Positions 27,752 through 40,733 are shown, counted from the stretch's first letter. The stretch: DNA of 64,000 nt from Paraspadella gotoi (GCA_051294375.1 CM119264.1:5749621-5813620); one strand, 5' to 3'. Made by a program: numbers and translations. Notes: generated by a model not told the origin, from the sequence alone.

Positions 27752-28967
27752 TCTTTAATCTTTATTTTTTTTCTGTATTATTTATGCTTTAGTTTATGCT
27801 CAATAATTCGTAACTCGCGATTTTTTTTCTATTTTTGGTTGCTTAGCAGATTTAGTAAAGTCGACAGATTTTGCGGAATAATTTCCGCAAAATCCTGGTC
27901 GACACCCGAAAAGAATTAAAAAATTGTTCCTGATGCTTTAAGATAACGCCAAAATGAATGGCGGTTTAGATTTAACAAGAATAATAATAGTCCAACTAAT
28001 AAACTATAAAAACAAAAAATCTAAAGTCGAAATGAAAATAAACTACAATCACAAAAAATCACGAAAATCAAAGACATTTTAAAAAAAATTTTGGAGAACG
28101 CATAAAGGTTATTCTTTAATATTACAGATATAATTAGTTATCATGTGGGAATATTTTGCCTTAGTTTTCAATTATTTAAAGAAAGTCAGTCATTATTTAA
28201 AATGATGAAATGAAAAAATGCCATTTTCTGACTAACCATTTTAAATCATTGCAGACCAAACGGTGAAACATTAACAAAATGCTTCTACCTAGAGAGGAAT
28301 ATGAAGGCGAACCAAAAAAGCGAAAGTAAAAAATTTTTCTTTTTGATCTTCACCTTGAAATTAGTGCCAAAATGAAAATGGAACAAAAAGGACAAGATTT
28401 TTGAAATAAAATTGATGAAAAACTATCTTAACTTGTAATCAAATTATATGGGAATGGTTTTATTACCCCTTGTTCGCCACTCTTGTGATATAGTCAAAGT
28501 ATAAAAATTAGCATTCATAATTGAATAATAAGGAATTCAGTTTCATTTCTTGACAAAAGGCTTTTCGTAGACACTGCAAGGGAGAGTGTGAAGTGCGTCG
28601 GTAGTTGTGACAGGGAGTGGCAGGAAAAATGGCGATTGAAACAAGGAGGTAGGGACCAAGCGCGAATGTATGGAAAAGATAGGATTAATTTGAAAGGACG
28701 TTTCTAGTAAGTAAAATGTACTTCGTGTGTTTGTTTGTTGAAGGATTTTGCTGTTTGCCCCGNNNNNNNNNNNNNNNNNNNNNNNNNTCTGTGTAAAGGT
28801 GCGACACCTGTTCGCTTGTCTTTTAAATATACTGGTAATATTTATAGACAGTTTTATAGACAAGTATTATAAGGCGAAAGTCATATAAGATATAGAAACA
28901 AAGAATGCGGTTAAAGAAAAGGAAAAAATTATCTTGGAAGATGAAAAGAATTGGTTTGGAACTGACA

Positions 28968-29045
28968 GAGAAGAGAAGAGAAGAGAAGAGAAGAGAAGAG
29001 AAGAGAAGAGAAGAGAAGAGAAGAGAAGAGAAGAGAAGAGAAGAG
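28968..29045. repeat. (AAGAG)n pentanucleotide microsatellite
   Basis: About 15 perfect copies. Confidence 0.95.
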
Positions 29046-30140
29046 CAAAAGAACAAACACAGGTGAAGATTTAAATTTAAAACGAAAATAGGATTTGGTA
29101 ATATTATATTAATTTTGAATAAATATAAAATTGTAGAAAAAACTGAAAAATAGTAAGTCAAAAAGGGTAGGGATTTAGACCAGAGTAAAAGAAAGAACGA
29201 GGGTAAGTCGAGCGGAGATGAACCCAAGAAAAGATAAGATCCTTCGAGAGACGAGGAAAATGTAAAATATGGGAAGCAACTCACAGAGAAGGATTTAAAT
29301 AACTTTAAAAAAGAGGAAAGAGGATTTGAAAGGGAAGGGAGAGGGAGAAAGGGGGAAGGGAAGGGAAAAGTAAAAAGAGACACGACTTGGGAACGGTTTG
29401 GAAAATGAGGAGCTGCACTGAGATATGAAGAAGAACGAGAGGAAAAAAAAGGGAGGAATGTGAAGGATAAAAGAGAGAGAAAAAAAATAAATAAGAAAAG
29501 GGAAAAAAAATTCAAAGGAGTAGGAAGAGGAAGTGTGGGAGGAATTAGAAGGAGAAATAGGAAACGAGTAGGAGGAAGTTGAAAAGAATAAATTGATGAG
29601 AAGGGAAGAAGGAAGATGAGGTGGAAGTTGAGCTGAAATATGAAGAGGAGGATGAAGGGATAAAGAGGAGAAGTAGAGAAGTATAATAATAAATATTAAT
29701 AATTAATAATAATAAAGGGGATAGAGAGGAAAGAGGATAGAGAGGATAGAGACCAAGAAGAGGAAACGAACAAGAAAGACGAGAAAGAGGAGGACGAGAA
29801 AGATAGAGAGGACGAAGACGAGGAAGAAAAAGATGACAAGGACGAGGAAGACAAAGAGGAAATGGATGAGGAAGACAAAGAGGACGACGACGAGGAAGAC
29901 AAAGATGACGAGGATGAGGAAGACAAAGAGGACGAATACGAGGATGAGGAAGAGAACGAGGCCGAGGACGAGTAGGGGGGGAGATGAAAAAAAAAGGAGG
30001 ACGAAGCGTCGACCGAGATCGAGAGCGGGGAAAAACCAACGCGTATTCCCGATCATCCTCTTCCTCCTCCTCCTCCTCCTCCTCATCCTTATGCTGCTTA
30101 ATTCATCCAGACTCTCCAGAGACTTCATTAGTCAAATAAG

Positions 30141-30237
<97 letters not shown>

Positions 30238-31327
30238 ACTCTCGGAGAAATTATGGTTTATGCTAAGCAGAAGAATGAGGGGAAATAAATCACGCTGATT
30301 GTGGGAGGAGACGTTTGACTGTGAAAGTTTGACGCTCGATTCGCGGTGAAGATTCACGATTGACGGTGAGGATTTGATGGTGAACGATCGATTGAAAGTT
30401 GGTGATTGATTGAACGAATGAAACATATGAAGTTGTTAATATCATGAAATTATCCATTCATTTTCGTACTTAATTGATCAAATATGAACACTGAACAGGG
30501 TTTATTTGAAGTTAAATTGTTTAAATTGTTTAAAATGTTTACCAAAGGCCTTGAAATAAGCCGTGTAAATCGTGTAATAATTATGAAATTATAACACTAA
30601 TTACAGTTTTAAACTAATCGTTCAAAGAAAAGAAAATTTAGGAAGAAAGAAATGTCAATAGCAAAATTGCTAAGTTTATTTCTTTTTTTTTTTAGTTCCT
30701 CTCTGTTCGATAATAATTAAATGTGAGCAGAATAAACCCTTCAGCCTTCACATTGAGACATCATTCACCGAGACAGAGCGCTTCTTCATTTCTCCCTGTA
30801 TAATCTTCTATCACCGCCTCCTAATTATCTCATCAGCAATCAGCCTCGCTCTCTCTCACTCTTTGTTAATACTTTCCCGGGATCGAGAAGAGGAATCCCG
30901 AGGATTAATTTCAAAGGGTGAGGAAGAGGGGAAGAGGAGGAGGATAAGAGAAGAGGATGTTCATTTGGAATCGGGTAAGTGCCTCTCGTGCGGCATCGAG
31001 CAAAGCAGCCAGCGTTCGACAGTTTTGAATAGAGATGGAATTGATGGCCTCGCATAGCAGTTGAAGCGAAAAGAAAGAAAAAACATCGGGAGCCAATATT
31101 TGAGAAAACTTTTGAAAACGTTTGAAATAACATTTTTAAATTTGTTTTAATCTATTTGACTATACCTTTCAAAATCTGAATACAAAACAAAGACGATTTA
31201 AGCCTTGATCGGATTTCAAGGTTTAACTTTAAAACCGGATCGAATAAACTCGATCAGGCTGAAAGAGGTTTTTTTTTTATTTTCAAGTTCAACTTTGGAC
31301 TCGACTCTGTTTTCGTCATCATCTTCG

Positions 31328-31587
31328 TCCAATCAAACGAGGTTATCCGCCAATCAAACGAGGCCGTCAGCCAATCAGAGCACGTCGTTTCTAGCCTCCA
31401 AAGCACCAAGGCGCGACCAGATTTTCACGTCATGTGATCCTCGACCAGATTTCGTGTTTGTTTTGGGCTCAAATTTCTTAAAGAGTCGAAATCCTCGTTT
31501 TTTTTGTTTACATCCGGACACCGAAGAAGAGGATTTGTTTACATACGGACATTGACGAAAGATAAAAACATTGGAATAAATTAAAAG
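31328..31587 (+). promoter_or_regulatory. Candidate distal NDRG promoter and non-coding first exon
   Basis: Three spaced CCAATCA boxes (31329-31378), CACGT motifs, two TTGTTTAC forkhead-type sites (~31504, ~31534), then an AAG|GTGAGA donor at 31588. Confidence 0.4.
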
Positions 31588-33608
31588 GTGAGATTTAATA
31601 TCGATACAGTTTAGATGACCACTGTTTTCGCTTTCATTTATTAAAATATCAATTTGACTTTTAAAATGGGCATAGAAAGGTCGTCGCCTTATAGATTGAA
31701 ATGGGCCAGTGGTCGCCACGAACCAATAAAGACCAACGAAGACATTGAGAGAAAAAATGTTTTTTTTCGCTTTTGCATTTTTTTTTATCTTGTTTACTTT
31801 TTCTCATTCTTTTTTTTTTTTGAACTTTTTTTAGTTCTCAACGACTTTAATTTAGAAAAAGCTTTTCACTTTAATGTCTTTCGCAGTATTCGTGAAAATT
31901 AAAAAACAGACTCAAACATCAGATTAAAAGAACCAGATTTAAATTTTAAATATTTGTCAACGTCAAATTTGTTTTTTTTTTTCATTAAGACGGAAAATAC
32001 AATAAAGCGTATTTATTCAAAGATTATCACATGTGATTTCAAATTTCGCGGTATTTATAGTCGAGAGTTATACATTATAGTATTAAACAAAGAACATTAA
32101 GAAAGATAGACCCTCAATTTCTATCAATCTACCTCGAACTTTTATTACCCCGTCATCCCGTCCGATTTGTTCATCCCTTTGCCCGCTTTCGAACCAACCC
32201 GCGCTCGACACGTGCCAATCCACCCCCCCTCCCGCCCCCCTCTCGGTCGCGCGATGATAAAAACGTCTCGGATTCCCGACGTCACATCAGAGAAGGTTTA
32301 CGCGTCTCACCTTAAAATTCCTTCTTCTTTTTTGCGTCTCACCATAACTTTGGTGCGAGTGACGGCCAGAGGCGAAAAGGAGAGACGGGTTAATCGTGGC
32401 CGCGAATATTTCTATTTCTTTGGGAGGGGGTTCGAAATTTGGGTAATTTTGAAATAATTTAATAAAACCTTAAAATTAGGACAATAAGGTCGTTTCTATT
32501 TTTTTTTTAGCGGTAGCGTGCTGTGTGAATGACATTATCGATACGTGATACTATTAAGCAAGACTGTGAGTTTCCATTGAAAGCCCGCAGAATTATGCTA
32601 TGTTATTCTCTTACAAGAGGGATGGAGGCCTCAAACCACCATAGCCTGTTTACAGACAGTGACAAGCTAGCTGATTATATTAATTATTATTGTTATTAAT
32701 ATATTGGTTGTACCAATTTCATAGTGAAAATACTTCGATAATATTTAAACTAAATCTTTTAATTTATCGCAAATTTATATTTTCATCGGATCGACTTTCA
32801 AAAAAAAAAATAACTCAGCCTTCGCCTTAGCTTATGTTTGCGTCATGGGCTGAATATTTTTATTTCTCGGAAAATAAAACTTAATTGAGTTGGAGTTCGG
32901 AAGAGAAAAAGATTCCCCCACGAATTGAAAGGCGGATTCCGCGTTGGAGGAATCGTTGCGCGTCGGCGGAAAGATAAGATTTTGAGTTTATTTCTTAATA
33001 GTTTTTATTTACAATTAAATGTACAGTATTTTTTTTTTAATTTATCGGATTGTTAAAAAGATTGATCTCCAATTGATCTATCAACTTCAAAACAATCAAA
33101 GAAACCAAATCGAAAAATTCAACTCAAATAATAAAAATAAAAAAATAAAATAGTAAAACTTTAAATATTAATATTATGAAACGGTGAAACAAGTAATTTT
33201 GCAATTTTCATAAGAAAGCAAGCAATAAAAGAATACAAAACAAAATCAATAATTAAAATCAATCAAAAAAGTTCATCTCGACGCCCGAACGAGACGCGCA
33301 GATTTTTTTTTTTTTTGAATGTTGGCGCGCCGTTTTAACGCGGTGGGCGTGCCCCCAAAAAAAAACCTGAAGCGAAAAGAAGCGACGCCATCGCGCGCGG
33401 GTCAAAGATATCACGTAATATCAGACGTCGTCAGGACTTCCTAGAACGAGGAAGGATTGGAAAACGCCCACGGAGAAGGAGGAGGAGGAAGAGGAGAAGG
33501 GGAGTGGAGGGGGAATGAAAAGGAGGGCGGGAAAGTGGAATGAGGAAAAGGAAAAAGTGATAAAAAAGGAAAAGGAAGAGAAAATAGGTATGGGGTTAAG
33601 GCAGGAAG

Positions 33609-33631
33609 AAAAGAAAGAAAGAAAGAAAGAG

Positions 33632-33702
<71 letters not shown>

Positions 33703-33703
33703 A
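33609..33703. repeat. (AAAG)n microsatellite
   Basis: About 23 near-perfect copies. Confidence 0.95.
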
Positions 33704-33918
33704 AAAGGAACTTTCAGAAAGTATTGAAAAACAACCTAAAAAGGGGGACAGGAAAAAACTGAGAAATGAGAAATAAAAAAAAGAAAAGATCACAAGAGAA
33801 AAGTAAAGAAAAAAGAAAAAAAAGATGGGAAATAACTGTTTTGCTTTTAAAAAACATCCGTTGCGTTTCTCTTCGAATGTCAAACGAAAACCGGGCGGAG
33901 AGGGAAAGCCACCTTTTA

Positions 33919-33952
<34 letters not shown>

Positions 33953-34068
33953 TTCTTTCTCTTTCTTTCTCTCTCCCTCTCTCTCACACACACAGGCCGC
34001 GCGTGCTCTTTCTCCCCTCTCTTTTGCCTTCCTTTCCTCCCTCCTTTTAAGGCCACGTAAAGAAAGAC

Positions 34069-34162
<94 letters not shown>

Positions 34163-34384
34163 TTGTTACCAAGACAGAAGGTCGGAGGCAGAGATACTGA
34201 ATCATCTTTTCCGCGTTTCGGCTGAAATTCCGTTGGTTTACGGTCGTCGAGAGACGAACGGGCGAAGGGAGACGTAAACGGGGCGCGTCGTCGAGAAAAT
34301 GCGCTGGTTGTTGTTGTTGTCGTTTTGTTGTTATTGTTATTTTGTATAATAAAAGATTACCGATCCGCTCTCCGGCCTGGGCTC

Positions 34385-34588
34385 TCATCTTTAAAAGCTC
34401 CCCATTTCTGTTCTTTAATCCATGAACCAAATATCTAATCCTAATATTTTACAAAATACCAATAACCAAATCGTTAACCTTTATCCTTAACATCTAACCT
34501 TTATCCTAATCCCTAACCTAATCTTCATCCTTTACCCCCAGCCAAATCTTTAAACTTAAAAACTTAATTAATTCTGATTTTAAGATGA
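34385..34588. mobile_element. Non-autonomous element with internal degenerate (CCTAA)-like array and short inverted ends
   Basis: TCATCTTTAAAA(34385) and TTTTAAGATGA(34578-88) flank ctaatcctaa/taacct repeats. Confidence 0.4.
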
Positions 34589-35641
34589 AATGGGGCGTTC
34601 GGGGAAAATAAGGCCTCCGCGGCTCAAATTGAATTGAACAAATATTCATCCACACAACCTACGACTCACAACTTCCATTGTATTCTTTATTTTAAGATAA
34701 AACTAGTCAAGAGGATTTCCATAAATTCGCTCGTTTTTCGATTTCCAGTTTTTAAAAAAACGGGGAAATTGGGGGGGGGGGGGCGAACCGACGTTTCATA
34801 TTTATCACTAGTTTCGAAAGGGAGACATTTTTTTTTTCGTTCGCCAGATGGGGACCGAAACCGGAACCGTTGAGAGAGAACAGTTCCATGATGTATTTCC
34901 TCTTTTTGACTTCATATTTTCCACTCAAAGATTTTCTCTTCGTCCATTTTCTCTCGTTGTTATATATGCATATGCATATGTATGTCATATGCATATATTG
35001 TCGATATTTTGGAAGCTCAAATAATAAAAATACTTTCTTCTGCACTATTATTCAATGACATAATAGAAACAAAGGTAAAAAAAAATTGTTACGTCAGTGA
35101 AAATAATTTTAAGACTTAAGTACATTATCGCTTTTTTTATTTTCTATTTTCTATTCTTCTGACTCTCCTTTCTCTCGCTTATCGTAGTATCAAATCACAA
35201 ATCATATGAACCGAAAAAGTTCCAAAAATCTTTTTTCTTTCCTGCTTCACGAGTTTCGCAATTTTCTATCTCAATGATAATTTATCGATTAATCTATTTC
35301 TCGATATTCCTCACCAGCGATTTTTACTTACCTTTCCTCACGTACCTTCTTTTTTTTCTCCCAACAAACCTCGTCATACTTCCTGGCCAACTCTTCAACA
35401 TCAAGCTACCCTTACTCGTTCTAGAGACTCTCGTTCCCAAACACCCGCCCTTTCCCAAATTCCACCACACCGCCCGCCACCGTGTTTCTGCACGACTCTC
35501 CAAACCCCATCGGCCAAGTTCCTCGAGCTAAACCAGCCTCCTTGGTCCCGCCCCACCCTTCGCCCTCTTACCCACACAGCCCTCCCACCCCCCAAAAAAA
35601 AAAATGTCGCACGCTACGAGGATTTGCGTCCGTCCGTGGAA

Positions 35642-38600
35642 ATGCGGCCGCTCCACTCGCGCGGCCTCGTCGCCCGAAACGGAACGTCTGGGGCGTCGCC
35701 GAGGCGGTCGCCGGCGGCCTTGGCCCGAGTCCCGCCGCCCGTCGGGCTCGAGGAGGTCAGCCTGGAGGATTTTCAAGAGGAGCATCATCTTATAAGGAGA
35801 AACGTTCCGGAGATCGAACAGGTGGGGGAAGGGAGGAAGGGGAATGGGAGGAAGGGAATGGGAGGAAGGGGAATGGGAGGATGTGGGAAGGGAGGACGGG
35901 GAAGGAGGAAGGGAAGTGAGGAAGGGGAAGGAATGAAGGGGAATGGGAGGAAGGGGAATGGGAGGATGTGGGAAGGGAGGACGGGGAAGGAGGAAGGGGA
36001 AGTGAGGAAGGGGAATGGGAGGATGTGGGAAGGGAGGAAGGGAATGGGAGGATGTAGGAAGGGAGGAAGGGGAAGGAATGAAGGGAATGGAGGAAGGGAA
36101 TGGGAGGATGTGGGAAGGGAGGAAGGGAAGGAGAAAGGGGAGGAGGAAGGGGAATGGGAAATGTAGGAAGGAGGAAGGGGAAGTGAGGAAGGGAATGGGA
36201 GGATGTGGGAAAGGGAGGAAGGGGAATGGGAGGAAAGGAAAAAGGGAGAAGCGAGGGACATGGCGCTCAAAACGGGAAGGATCCGAAAGGGAGAAAGAGA
36301 AAGTGAAGGGAATAAAAAAATGGAATTACGGAATAAATAAAAAAAACAATTTTAAAAGATATATATATCTGGAAGAATTTTACGATCGTCCCACTCTCTG
36401 TACTTACCTTTTCTCCCGACGCAGACTTACTCGAGCAACGAATACGTCATAACGCCAACGGGCTGCGTCTTCGTCGAAATCATCGGCGACAGAAATAAAA
36501 AAACTCCGATCCTCACTTACCACGACATTGGAATGAATCACGGGTGAGGCAAATATAAAGAAAAAAAAAGGAAAGAAATGGAGAAAGAAAAAAAAACACC
36601 TAGTTTACAATTTTTTTAACAAATACCCTCTACAAACGTTAAAACTGCCCTCGTTTCTTGCCTCGTTTTCTCTCCCCCCCCCCTCACACCCAAATCTATA
36701 CTTTCCCGCCAAAAAAATTTTATCCGTCAGGATCGACAGAAAAACGGGAAAAAGCGAAATGAAAAACGGTCTCTTCTTGTCCACCCATCGCATCTCCCGA
36801 TGAAAAATGATTTTTTCCTCGCATAAACACATCCCCAATCTTTACACCACCAAACCCTTATTCTATCTTTCTTTCATTCTTTTTTTTTCTTTCTTTTTCT
36901 TTCTCTTTCCTTCTTTTTCTTTCCTTCTTTTCTTGTTATTTTCTCTTTTTATTTTTTTTTTCATTCATGCGTTCTTTCGTTTTGTCATTTTATTTTTTTT
37001 TTCTTCCTTTCCTTTTTTTTCTTTATGTTTCTTTCTACCTCTTTGTTTGCTTATTTCATTTTTTCTCTCTTACTTTATTCCTCTCTTTCTCTTTCTCACT
37101 ATCTCTCCCCCCTCTATCTCAGCTCGTCCTTCCGCAACTTCTTTTTCTCGTCCGACATGATGCCGTTATCCGATCACTTCTGCATCTACCACGTCGACGC
37201 GCCGGGCCAAGAGGAAGGGGCGCCCCGTCTCCCGCCAGAGTAAGATTCATGGTGTTTATACCCGCTCTTACCCTCTAAGGCCGGCACGCGTGCGCTCTCG
37301 ATTCCAACGCGCGTGCCCCCAACTCGGGGCTCCGGTTTTCGCGCACGCGCGCACCCCATCTCGGGCGGCGTCTTCCGGTCGGCGTCGCCGATGCGCGCGG
37401 CTCCGTCGATGACGCCGGCCGGCTCGGGGAGACGCCGTCTGGCGGCCGTGAAGGAAAGGGCGGGAAGAAGAAAGAGGGCGTGGAATGTCGGGGGGGAGCT
37501 AGGGGGGGAAGAAAAGAAAAATGGTTTTCAGTTTTGTTTTGGCTCCAAACAAGTTTGTGGGTTGGAAATTAACGCCCGAAACGAGTAATCGACGGAGTTG
37601 GATGGAGAGGGAGAGAGAGAGAAAGGGGGGAGAAGGATTTAGCTCGATCCGAATGATTTGGGGTCATGATTAACGTTTGATGACTGCACTCTACAGTGAA
37701 GACTATAAAATGAAATGGTCTCGACTGTTGGAAATAAAATGAAACGGTCCTTTGAGTAAGGAAATAAAATGAAATGGTCTCGACGTGTCCAACCGCCGCG
37801 GAGTGACTATATTTTATTTTTACATTGTTTTTCGTACCAACGAAGGAAGTAGGCGTGGTTTATTAAGTGAGAAATAGGAGTTTTATTGACATAAGAACAC
37901 GTTGAGATGATGATAATTAACATACAAATTATGTAGATTATGCAGAGAAAAGGCAGGCAATAAACAATATAACAAATAGTCCATTGATATTAGTTTCTTG
38001 AAGGTAAGTTGAAGAGTGATTAAGTTCCCTCTCTCGTTTCTCTGCCGTCGGTTTCCTGAGGGAAGCCTCCTTTCTGATTGGTCAATCAGAAGAAAAGGCG
38101 AAGAAGCCAAGAGAGGCAAACCACTTGATAATCCATTCTCTGCGTTGGTACTATGAATTTGAATATCGAGTTTTTCGTCGTGTGCGCTTTTCATAAGAAC
38201 TTGCTAGAGAAAGTTTATTTAACCTTTTATCACGCTGGTAAAATTAAACGAGCTCTATGCGAAAGTGTTAAATAAAGTTCTTCTCGAGCCTTGCTAGCTG
38301 GAGGAAATATATGTCTCGAGTTATTTATTATAATTATTAGTGGTGAGATGGATCGAAATATTATCCCTCGAGTTTCTCAAACGCCGACTTTTTTTACTCC
38401 TCAGCTTCGTCTACCCCACAATGGACGAGCTGGCCGATCAAGTCCAGTGCGTAGTGCAGCACTTCCGGTTAAGTCGAGTCATCGGGCTGGGATCGGGCGC
38501 CGGCGCCAACGTACTCGCCCGATTCGCCCTCGCAAATCCGGACAGCGTTCAGGCGCTCGTGCTCGTCAATCCGACCGGCGGCGCGTCAGGTGACTCGCGT

Positions 38601-40301
38601 TTTATGATTACCGTGAAAAGTAGTCTTAGAAAAAGTTACATTAACAACTTCGCAATAATTACTCATAAAAGTCTCGTTTAAACAGCACCGTTTAATTATA
38701 AAATAATCATTACAGGTTGGATCGAATGGGGATATCAGAAGCTGAACGCGAGGTTTTTGAAAAAACAGGGAATCGGAGAATTCAGGTGCAGAGTCGACGT
38801 TGTTGTTGTTTGTTGTTGTCTTCGAGTGCTCGACTTTTATTTTTTTATTTTTTACAAAATATCTTTTTTGTCAGGTTTTTTTTTTCTTGAAAGGAAAAAA
38901 AAATATGGAAATTCGCTCGAGTAACATCATTCGACTCAATTCCGAAGATTATTCTCTGAAAACTTGCGGGGGGGGTGGGAGGTGAAGGAGGAGAACGCGG
39001 TGAAGGAGGAGAACGTATGGGGGAGAGGAGGAAGAGAAGAGAGAAAACTTTCTTCCTTCTTCGTACTTAGCGAGTTTAGTCTTACCTTAGACAAGTTTTC
39101 CCTCGATCATTAATCTACTTTGTATAGGCGACTCTTTCTTACTCGGTAAATAAAAGGGGTCGATAAAATATAATCAACGTAACCAACATCTTATTCTTAT
39201 TAACATTTTTATTCTAAATTAATTGACAATTTGACAAAATATTAATTATAATTATGATCATTACGATACCCACCCCCCCCCAGTTTCGATTATCTTCTGT
39301 GGCATTATTTTGGACGAAAGTCGGCGGAACGTCACGTCGATCTCACGGAGGACGTGAGGGAAAACCTGGGAAATATGGAGGTGAGACTTCGGAATGAGGC
39401 GCGGGGGGGGGAGGGCGTGGTAGGAGGGTCGCGAGAAGGTAAGGTACACCAGAGAGGGGGTAAATAAAGGAGGAGGGACGACAGGGTTGAAACAAGTACG
39501 GTTGAATTATAGGGCTACAATTTGGCGCTATTCATCGACACTTACACCAAAAGGACAAACTTGGGACTTAATTCGCGATCCACGGGATTTTTCGGGTAAT
39601 TCTTGGCTAATCACAATAATTTCGATTGAATCATTAAATGATATTGGAGTGGATTTTTTTAAAATTTTCATGGAATTTTCAGGAGCCCCGCTACGGAGCC
39701 AATCACGCTGCGATGCAAGACGATGTTGCTGGTGGGCGACGACTCGCCTCACCTCGACGACGTGACGGACGTCAACGCGGGTCTCGATCCGGGGCGAACG
39801 ACCTTCGTCAAAATTGGAGACTGCGGCGGACTCGTCTTGGAGGAGCAGCCGGAGAAGGTGAGGAAAGGATTGAGTGTGAAAGTGTGAAAAGATTAAGTGA
39901 CAAAAAGATCGATGGTGAGAAACAAAATGGCGACAATTCAAAGGACGGATATAATTATAAAGGCCTTTTAAGGACGATAAGACGAGGAAAAACGCCAATA
40001 AAAGTGAGACAAAAATAACAAACGGAAGGCTAAAATATAATAAAAAATTTTACTCAGTTTTATAAACGAGTTCTAATACAAACCAAAAATACCCTTTTAC
40101 TCAAGATAAACATTAACATTACAGGCCGCGGAAGCCGTTCGCCTCTTCCTTCAAGGCATGGGCTACGTCCCGCTACTGAAGCCGACCCGTTTGGCGCCGT
40201 CAGGAATTCCCATGGCGAGGTGCCAGTCGGCTTACTCATTACTGACGAAAAACGGGCAAAGGGTCGTCGCCCAGTCCACGCTTTCGCTCAGTGACTCTTA
40301 A
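35642..40301 (+). CDS. NDRG: NDRG-family protein (non-catalytic alpha/beta-hydrolase fold), ~400 aa, 9 coding exons
   Basis: Exons 35642-35821, 36425-36543, 37123-37239, 38405-38589, 38716-38785, 39284-39380, 39513-39595, 39683-39857, 40125-40301 (all GT-AG, 1203 nt in frame). Motifs PILTYHDIGMNH, HVDAPGQEEGA, YPTMDELA, GSGAGANVLARFA, DCGGLVLEEQP, LFLQGMGY. Start codon uncertain. Confidence 0.93.
35823..36245 (+). repeat. G/A-rich minisatellite in the first NDRG coding intron
   Basis: Tandem GGAAGGG(G)AATGGGAGGATGTGGGAAGGGA units with almost no C. Confidence 0.85.
37704..37784. repeat. ~30-bp tandem repeat x3 (ATAAAATGAAATGGTC)
   Basis: Three copies inside NDRG intron 3. Confidence 0.7.
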
Positions 40302-40733
40302 AGGATTGAGGGCGGCTGAAACTTTATTTTTGTTTAATTTATTGCTAATTAAGTATATGTTCACAATATTGACTGTAAAATTGAGTGCCACTTTGGGATT
40401 ATGTCTACTTACAAAGTGTTTAAATTCCTCTCTCCAAGGATTCGAACTCCTGGCGAGAGAATGGCAAATTTCATGGGCCTTAATTCTTTGCTCGCCCATT
40501 TTTTGGGATCTTGCTTAAAATTCTATCCAAATTCTGTAAATCTTTGATAATTTTAAACGAAATGTCTCAAGATTTCTATTTTGCTAAACGTTATTGACCA
40601 CTACTAGAGCTAGTTGGATGCTTAATGCCTATTGGCAAATGTAGAGCAGCCTCAGAATCAGCTTGCCTATTTGTTATTGTTAAAGATGCCCCCCAATTCT
40701 AGGTGTGCAAGAGAGTCCGAATTTTTTGGGGTT

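Noticed and set aside
390-35000. Dozens of ORF-track entries rich in SL/ER/F/K
   Set aside because: They are translations of (CT)n, (AG)n, (AAAG)n and poly-T tracts, with no domain motifs or exon structure.
38480-38510. Ser in NDRG GLGSGAG as a restored hydrolase nucleophile
   Set aside because: The Ser occupies the variable position of G-x-G-A-G; the nucleophile position is still Gly, as in other NDRGs.
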